Positions 16,662 to 22,190 of a stretch of DNA of 22,190 nt are shown one piece after another (position 1 is the stretch's first letter; every line of letters starts with the position of its first letter). A program made the translations under genes and the position numbers. Below the pieces are notes generated by a model, which searched no databases, was not told the DNA's origin, and saw only the letters and a program-made list of their open reading frames with translations. This DNA comes from Desulfobacteraceae bacterium (GTDB taxonomy: Bacteria > Desulfobacterota > Desulfobacteria > Desulfobacterales > JAIFKL01): assembly GCA_020049595.1 (NCBI GenBank), contig JAIFKL010000306.1, positions 1 to 22,190 of the forward strand, in the 5' to 3' direction.

Positions 16662-17934
16662 TCGTATTTCCTGTCAGTTCGGAGCGGTCTTTTTCAGTGA
16701 CCCTTCCGGTTCTGTCTTTTTCGGTTACCATTCCGGATTTATTTTTGATTTCAGATCGCTCGTCTTTTTGAGCCTGTTCTGTTTCACGGGGAACCGCTTC
16801 CCCGGCGTCACGTATAAATTCATATTTACGAGTTGTTCCGGTTTCACCGCCTGTTTTGCCGGTTTCCGCTGCTCCGCCCGTTTCTGTTTTTTCGGACGCC
16901 TCTGTTTTTCCGGCAGGCTCGGTTGTAATGCCTGTTTCTGTCTTTTCAGATGCTTCTGTTTTTCCGGCAGGCTCGGTTTTTCCGCCTGTTTCCGTGCCGG
17001 GGGCGGCTTTCTCGGATGATTCAGATTTTTCAAGGGCTTGGGTTTTTATCATCGGCTCTTCATTCAGTAAGATACTCCCTATGATCGGCAAGCCTCTTTT
17101 ACCCGCGCCGACAACCACAACTTTTGAATTGTCCGAATTGGCAAGCTGCAATGTTGCCTGAATGCCCATCCACTGCAATATATTTTCCGTAAGCGAGGCG
17201 TTTACAATATTGTTATAATCTTTTAATCCCCCGGCTTCGATACGCTTTCTTTCCGCCTCTCTTTTTTCCTTCTCTATCTTAAACAGATGCGCTTCCGCCA
17301 TGTGTTTCTGTTCGACTTTATAGCGTATGGAATCTGCAACGCTGTCAGGCAGTTCGACTTCTTTGATAATCACATCGTCAACTTTGATAAATCTTCGGGA
17401 AATCTGCTCAATCGCCTCGTTGATTGCCTGGTCTATCAGCCCTGTTTTTGTGGTGTAAATCTCCTCGGCATCCAACTGTCCCACAATCAGACGCAATACA
17501 GATTCGATTTCCGGGATCACAATTTCATTCACATAATCGGGACCCACTTTCTGGTGAAGCACGCCGAGCAGGTTATATTCGGGGTAATAACGGACAGATA
17601 TGGATAACTGAACCTTCAATCCGTTTTTCGTCAGCACATGAAACTTGTGTCCTGCCTGCTGTACCCTCATATTATAAACATAAAGTCTGTCCCAGGGATA
17701 AAGCAGATAAAGCCCCTCGGCAAAGACCTTATCCGTGATTGTTCCGCCGCCGAAGCGCTTGTATAAAACGCCCGCTTCCCCTGACTCAACCGTATAGACA
17801 ATATTGTTAAACAGATAGGCAATAAAGAGCAGTTGAATCAGAATAAGCACTATCAGCACGGAGACATTGCCCTGAAATTTTTCTAAAATGCCGTTATATA
17901 TATCTTTAATTTTATTAAATATTCTTTTAAACAT
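16639..17934 (-). CDS. SPFH/band-7 (stomatin/prohibitin/HflK-C family) membrane protein with coiled-coil and low-complexity repeat tail
   Basis: N-terminal TM (VSVLIVLILIQLLFIAYLF), then an SPFH domain (VESGEAGVLYKRFGGGTITDKVFAEGLYLLYPWDRLYVYNMRVQQAGHKFHVLTKNGLKVQLSISVRYYP…), a coiled-coil (KIEKEKREAERKRIEAGG) and a 17-aa tandem repeat tail (PAGKTEASEKTETG…). The track start is TTG at 17964; the ATG at 17934 is the likely start. Confidence 0.75.
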   Translation of the reverse strand: MFKRIFNKIKDIYNGILEKFQGNVSVLIVLILIQLLFIAYLFNNIVYTVESGEAGVLYKRFGGGTITDKVFAEGLYLLYPWDRLYVYNMRVQQAGHKFHVLTKNGLKVQLSISVRYYPEYNLLGVLHQKVGPDYVNEIVIPEIESVLRLIVGQLDAEEIYTTKTGLIDQAINEAIEQISRRFIKVDDVIIKEVELPDSVADSIRYKVEQKHMAEAHLFKIEKEKREAERKRIEAGGLKDYNNIVNASLTENILQWMGIQATLQLANSDNSKVVVVGAGKRGLPIIGSILLNEEPMIKTQALEKSESSEKAAPGTETGGKTEPAGKTEASEKTETGITTEPAGKTEASEKTETGGAAETGKTGGETGTTRKYEFIRDAGEAVPRETEQAQKDERSEIKNKSGMVTEKDRTGRVTEKDRSELTGNTNAPDANR

Positions 17935-17968
17935 TTCTTCTGATTTCCGGTTTAGCCCACCCAATAGC

Positions 17969-17995
17969 GTAGAACGGGTTTTAAACCCGTTTTAC
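17969..17995 (+). repeat. Single copy of palindromic element, loop variant (GTAGAACGGGTTTTAAACCCGTTTTAC)
   Basis: Direct reading. It lies between the ABC-transporter stop and the SPFH start. Confidence 0.85.
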
Positions 17996-18068
17996 TGCAT
18001 AAATATTTGTTTTGGCGGGCAGCAAGCTGCTCACCCTGCATCTGATTTCCGAATTTGCGGTTTTTAAT

Positions 18069-19703
18069 TTAAACCTGACTGCTGTACTCGACAAATTTGC
18101 CGTATTCCATCTTCAATACCCTGTCTGCAAAATCAAAATATCGGTCGTCATGGCTGACCGCGATAATTGTTTTTCCCTGCGCTCTCAGATCGTTTAATAA
18201 AACTTCATAAAAATATTTTCTGAAAATCGGATCCTGATCCGCGGCCCATTCGTCAAACACGCAAATCGGGCGTTCCTCAAGCAAAGCGGCAATCATTGCA
18301 AGTCGTTTCCGCTGTCCTGTGGAAAGCTTGATATTGGTAAATTCGCCGTCAATGACCTCTGTTTTCTTTTCCAATTCCATCAATTTGATAAGACTTCGGA
18401 TTCTATCGGCATCTGTTTCTCTCAAGCCGTAGAGCCTGTCAAACACATGAAAATCGCTGAAGATAATAGAAAACATCTCCCGATATGACTGATAAGATGT
18501 CTTGTCAATCGTCAAATCATCCACTCGGAGGGTGCCGGCATCGGGATAATACAGTCCGGTTAAAAGCTTGAGCAAAGTTGATTTTCCGCTGCCGTTGCCG
18601 CCGACGATAAAGATGATTTCTCCCTGCCGGGCCCTCATATTGACAGGCCCCACCGTAAATAAAGGCGTTCCGTAAGAATCGGTATAGGAAAAAGAAAGGT
18701 TCTCAAGACGGATTTCGTTAAAGGTTTCTATCTTTCTGACATGAGGCTTTCCCCCGACTTTAAACGGCGCTGCGGCTTTGTCCAATCTTGCTTCCAGTTC
18801 ATAGAGCGTTTCCACTGCCATATTTGCTCTGGAAAAAAGCGGTATCGCACCCACCATCAGATTCACCGGACCGATGATAAACAGAATGGCGGCAGTCAGC
18901 CGGATGACCAATGAAGGATTTGCCGGGTCCAATCTGGGCAGAACAAAAACAATAACAGCGAGTAATGTGTAAAAAAACACTTGGGAGAACATCAGTTCCG
19001 TGACAAATCTGAATCCGGTTTTGACCTTCAATTCCTCGGTTTCATCTGCTATTTTTGTCAGAAATCCGAAAAGATCATCGCTTTTTTTTCTGTTCATTTT
19101 GAGTTCTTTGAAGCCGTCAAGGGTCTGATTCAGCATATCAAAGAAATCGCTTTCTTTTCTTGCGGTCTCACGGATTTCTATGTCAATTTTATCCTGCTGC
19201 AACATATAATTGACGGTCGCCGCGCCGATGGCAATAACGGTGATGAAAAAAGCCAATTTCGATAAGACAGCAATATAGAACATGCAGAAAAACAGTACAA
19301 TGCCGGACTGGGCCGCGTTGATAATCAGCACGGCGGATTCGGAAATAAGATTGGTGTTATAAGTGATCCGAGTATAAATTTCCGCTTTTCCGGTGTTTTC
19401 CAGAAAAATAAGTTCCGAACTTCTGATTTTATCGGCAATCCTTACCCGTATGCGTTTGATGATGGCCTCGGCAAGAGCGGTTGCTCTTTTCAAAGCAAAT
19501 CGTTTTCCGATAATCACAATGGCGAAAGTAATCACAAACAGAAGAAAGAATCTGAAATTCAGGCTGTCGTAAGAAGCAGTGGCAGCCGCAGTGGTGATAA
19601 TGCCCAGCAGAAGTCCCTGCGCGATGCCCGAGACAATTGCCATAAACATCACCGATGTGCCGGAAACGGTTGATTCGTTTTTATATAGTTTCAGCAGATT
19701 CAT
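18069..19703 (-). CDS. ABC transporter, fused permease/ATPase, cyclic-peptide exporter family (SyrD/YojI-like)
   Basis: Six N-terminal TM helices, then an NBD with Walker A GGNGSGKST, ABC signature LSTGQRKRL, Walker B ICVFDEW and H-loop AVSHD. Size and arrangement (TMD-NBD, 544 aa) fit the cyclic-peptide transporter subfamily. Confidence 0.7.
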   Translation of the reverse strand: MNLLKLYKNESTVSGTSVMFMAIVSGIAQGLLLGIITTAAATASYDSLNFRFFLLFVITFAIVIIGKRFALKRATALAEAIIKRIRVRIADKIRSSELIFLENTGKAEIYTRITYNTNLISESAVLIINAAQSGIVLFFCMFYIAVLSKLAFFITVIAIGAATVNYMLQQDKIDIEIRETARKESDFFDMLNQTLDGFKELKMNRKKSDDLFGFLTKIADETEELKVKTGFRFVTELMFSQVFFYTLLAVIVFVLPRLDPANPSLVIRLTAAILFIIGPVNLMVGAIPLFSRANMAVETLYELEARLDKAAAPFKVGGKPHVRKIETFNEIRLENLSFSYTDSYGTPLFTVGPVNMRARQGEIIFIVGGNGSGKSTLLKLLTGLYYPDAGTLRVDDLTIDKTSYQSYREMFSIIFSDFHVFDRLYGLRETDADRIRSLIKLMELEKKTEVIDGEFTNIKLSTGQRKRLAMIAALLEERPICVFDEWAADQDPIFRKYFYEVLLNDLRAQGKTIIAVSHDDRYFDFADRVLKMEYGKFVEYSSQV

Positions 19704-19807
19704 GTAAAGTTTTTCTTATCGCAAGGACTGTCAGCAATCCACTGTCTGAATCAGGATTTTCAGGATTAAAGGATTCACGGGATATTTGTCCGAGTGCTAA
19801 TTATTGT

Positions 19808-19840
19808 AGGGGGCGCGCCGCCGGCGTGTCCCCTACGGTT
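19808..19840. other. GC-rich hairpin GTAGGGG-(GCGCGCCGCCGGCGTGT)-CCCCTAC at the 3' end of the hydrolase gene
   Basis: 7-bp stem with a self-complementary CGCCGGCG core in the loop. On the plus strand it is followed by GGTTTTAC. Possible terminator; weak. Confidence 0.3.
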
Positions 19841-21703
19841 TTACGATACGCGTATCCGAAATCGCTCATCCCAGATATAGGTGATGAATCCCTGACCCGG
19901 ATTGTCAGAAATCTCTTCCGGCTCTGCCGTTCTTTTTTCTCCCGAAGAAAGACCGCCGCCCAGAATCGTGATCGCATCAAAGATCACAATGTCTTTTATC
20001 TGTCCGTCCTCAGACCTTAATGTCCTGTTGGTGCAGGCTGCGATGGGGATACGGGTATTCGGGTCATAAACGATGCCGACGTCATAGCCCAGAAAGTTAC
20101 CGGATGCAATCAGCATGTTGTTCGAGAGATTTTTGTAGAGATTGGGACCGCACTGAGTTGCAGGATTCATCGGGAAATAAAGTTCCGGGTCAACCGTTGT
20201 GTCATTTACAAAATCATAGCCTTTGCCGAAGAGCTTGCCTTCGCCGATGAGTTTGATCCATTTGCACAGATTTTCAGGCGAGGAAATCATACACGCCGAT
20301 GAACTGGCAGCAGAGGGTTCACGAGTCGAAGCATCTTCCAAGCCCTTGTCTTTACTTCCGTACATCGCGCCGGTCACATCATACAGGTCAATGTAGCCGT
20401 GAGCATAATTTCCCTCTGTCGGATTCTGAGTATATGGACCTTCAAGGTTTGATTCTCCTGTTTCAGTAACAATGGTGTCGCTGAGTCCGTATTTCTTGAT
20501 AAAACGGTTCCGTATCTCATCTTCCCATTTATTGCCGGTCACTTCCTTTATGAGCATTCCCAGCAGAACATAATTCGTATTCGAGTAATGCCAGCCCGCT
20601 CCGGGAGGAAAGGTCGGACCTTCTTCAACAGCAAGTTCAATGAGTTCGAGCGGTTCCCATTTGTCCTGACGGAGAAAGAGAAAATCAAAAAACCAGTCAG
20701 AAGGCACTTCATAAAAATTGTACAGCCCGCTGGAATGATTCACCACCTGACGGATATTGATGTTTTCCCCGTTGGGAATCAGTCCGGGGAACCACTGTTC
20801 AACAGAATCGTCCAGCGTGATTTTTCCCTCTTCGACAAGCTGCATGACGGCCATTGCCACAAATGTTTTGGTCAGACTGGCGACCCGGAACCGGGTATTT
20901 GTGGTCATCTGTGTTTTTGTTTCCAAGTTGGAATAACCGCTGGTCAGTTTCCATGTGAAAGCACCGTCCGAATAGGTCACACCGTCCATTACGCCGTTTA
21001 AGCAGTCGTCTCCCTCACAGGGAACTTCAGCAACCAGGGCCACGCCGGGGACCTCGTTTTCGGAAACAGCTTTATCCAAAATGTCCTGCAATTTTGTCCG
21101 AATAAAGTGATTCTGCGCCCTGACTGCTGAAACCATATCCCGCTCTTTGCCCAGCAAATCAGCGATGACAGGCTCTGTTTTCGTCTCAAATTCGCTCGAA
21201 CTTAATGAAAAGTCAACTTCTGTACTGTATTTCTTTGATTTTTCTCTCACGGATTCTGACAGAAGAATGCCGTTATCCGGATTCGCGTCGTCATCCAATG
21301 TCTGCAAAAAGCGCAGAATATTTGTCACCTGCGGGTCTCTGTCGCTTTCCGCTGCGGAAACCAAATCTCTGGGCGTCAGCGTCAGAACAGCCGGAGCAAG
21401 TTCCGCTTTGTTTACATCCAGTGTCAGCACGGTTGTCGCAGACCCGAGTACAATGTTTCCAAGCTTGAAGGTAACATTTTTGCCTTTTTCATAGAAGAAA
21501 GTGCCGTCCGCGTCGGTTACGCCGGTAAGCCCCCCGGAAATATAGCTCAGACCCTGAACCGCACTGTCTATAAAACGTCCTTCTCTTTCGGACACATAGT
21601 CCTCATGTTCGCCGCTGCACCCGAAAGCAGACATCATCACTACCAGCATCGCTGCAAAAAGATAAGGTGTTTTATCAAACACGATATTTCGTTTTTTCCT
21701 CAT
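19841..21703 (-). CDS. Beta-lactamase-fold serine hydrolase (PBP/esterase family) lipoprotein with ~210-aa N-terminal extension of unknown function
   Basis: AAGGAG sits 7 nt upstream of the ATG. Lipobox MSAFGCSG. The S-x-x-K active-site motif FRVASLTKTF and the YSN-type motif HYSNTNY are both present. The C-terminal part is Gly/Asn-rich. Confidence 0.7.
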   Translation of the reverse strand: MRKKRNIVFDKTPYLFAAMLVVMMSAFGCSGEHEDYVSEREGRFIDSAVQGLSYISGGLTGVTDADGTFFYEKGKNVTFKLGNIVLGSATTVLTLDVNKAELAPAVLTLTPRDLVSAAESDRDPQVTNILRFLQTLDDDANPDNGILLSESVREKSKKYSTEVDFSLSSSEFETKTEPVIADLLGKERDMVSAVRAQNHFIRTKLQDILDKAVSENEVPGVALVAEVPCEGDDCLNGVMDGVTYSDGAFTWKLTSGYSNLETKTQMTTNTRFRVASLTKTFVAMAVMQLVEEGKITLDDSVEQWFPGLIPNGENINIRQVVNHSSGLYNFYEVPSDWFFDFLFLRQDKWEPLELIELAVEEGPTFPPGAGWHYSNTNYVLLGMLIKEVTGNKWEDEIRNRFIKKYGLSDTIVTETGESNLEGPYTQNPTEGNYAHGYIDLYDVTGAMYGSKDKGLEDASTREPSAASSSACMISSPENLCKWIKLIGEGKLFGKGYDFVNDTTVDPELYFPMNPATQCGPNLYKNLSNNMLIASGNFLGYDVGIVYDPNTRIPIAACTNRTLRSEDGQIKDIVIFDAITILGGGLSSGEKRTAEPEEISDNPGQGFITYIWDERFRIRVS

Positions 21704-21886
21704 TTCTTTTCTCCTTACTCAGTGCTGTCATTCCGAACACAGTGAGGAATCTTTCAGCCGATCTTATACCGAATTTTATTAAAATAGATTCGACTTGCGG
21801 TGGACTGAAATGACAGATCACACCATACGTTTTGAAAATAACGAAAGCAAAAAAAATCATTTTGTCAAAATTTCATCATCCTACAG

Positions 21887-21993
21887 ACAGAACGGGTTTC
21901 AAACCCGTTTTACTGTTCATTGCTGTAGAACGGGTTTCAAAACCCGTTTTACTGTCCGGTTTGCTGTAGAACGGGTTTCAAACCCGTTTTACT
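21887..21993 (+). repeat. Tandem array (3 copies, period ~40 nt) of the palindromic element
   Basis: Copies at 21887, 21926 and 21967, with TGTTCATTGCT and TGTCCGGTTTGCT spacers. Same plus orientation as all other arrays, although both flanking genes are on the minus strand. Confidence 0.9.
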
Positions 21994-22020
21994 ATTGCAA
22001 AGATTTTGACGCTCCTCATC

Positions 22021-22190
22021 TTAAAAACTTATTTTCACACCCGCGCCGATGGAAGTATCCCTTTTGCGGATTCCCATTATGGATTCAGGCGAATTGTCGT
22101 ATTCCTCCTTGTAACTGAGGGAAGCGAATATATGCTCCATGATCATGATATCCAGTCCCACATTGAACTTCCATCGGTATATGTCGCTGT
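22021..22190 (-). CDS. Outer-membrane beta-barrel protein, C-terminal end only (3' partial in window)
   Basis: The minus-strand frame is open to the window edge. It ends …DIYRWKFNVGLDIMIMEHIFASLSYKEEYDNSPESIMGIRKRDTSIGAGVKISF*, with alternating hydrophobic residues and a C-terminal Phe typical of OMP beta-barrels. Confidence 0.45.
   Translation of the reverse strand, partial: SDIYRWKFNVGLDIMIMEHIFASLSYKEEYDNSPESIMGIRKRDTSIGAGVKISF

Noticed and set aside
16456-17161. ORFs 16456-17019(+), 16725-17033(-), 16856-17161(+) over the SPFH tail
   Set aside because: They are alternative-frame readings of the 51-nt tandem repeat DNA (Cys/Phe-rich or Lys/Pro-rich low complexity). The SPFH frame is continuous with the upstream Band-7 domain.
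11603-17964. TTG-initiated N-terminal extensions in the six-frame track (11608, 13897, 17964)
   Set aside because: Each has an in-frame ATG 2-14 codons downstream that yields a canonical signal peptide or TM start (MKKILIV…, MKRKRLL…, MFKRIFNK…). The 13897 extension translates palindromic repeat DNA, and the 17964 extension would place the start 2 nt from a repeat copy. Coordinates in the features use the ATG starts.
21704-21886. Promoter for the serine-hydrolase gene (TTGACA at 21862-21867 on the minus strand)
   Set aside because: A -35-like hexamer is present, but no acceptable -10 at 16-19 nt spacing (TTCGTT/TCGTTA). It is too weak to annotate.

Overview
This is a 22.2 kb bacterial window of moderate GC and mostly cell-envelope genes. 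The standout feature is a tight minus-strand four-gene operon (9356-17934). It encodes an SPFH/band-7 membrane protein. Next comes a 910-aa lipoprotein that fuses two substrate-binding domains (LivK-like PBP type 1 plus OppA/DppA-like SBP family 5). The last two genes are paralogous proteins in which a LivK-like PBP1 domain is fused to a prokaryotic pentameric ligand-gated ion channel. Those channels carry the YPFDxxTL Pro-loop signature and four TM helices; the pore-helix LP motif is present only in copy A. The second feature is a dispersed palindromic repeat family with core GTAGAACGGGTTTCAAACCCGTTTTAC. About 14 copies sit in five intergenic tandem arrays, all in the same orientation whatever the flanking gene strand. 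Two variant copies show compensatory stem changes. The plus strand carries a 5'-partial Cys-rich MopE-like repeat protein, a 1362-aa AsmA/TamB-like envelope protein with a recent internal 366-nt duplication, a small lipoprotein and primosomal helicase PriA. The minus strand also carries a cyclic-peptide-type ABC exporter, a beta-lactamase-fold serine hydrolase lipoprotein and the 3' end of an outer-membrane beta-barrel gene. Several long perfect palindromes occupy intergenic gaps. No CRISPR, rRNA, tRNA or recognisable transposase genes were seen. The longest upstream-extended ORFs of several minus-strand genes begin at TTG, translate repeat DNA or sit directly downstream of a repeat copy, and most likely start at internal ATGs.
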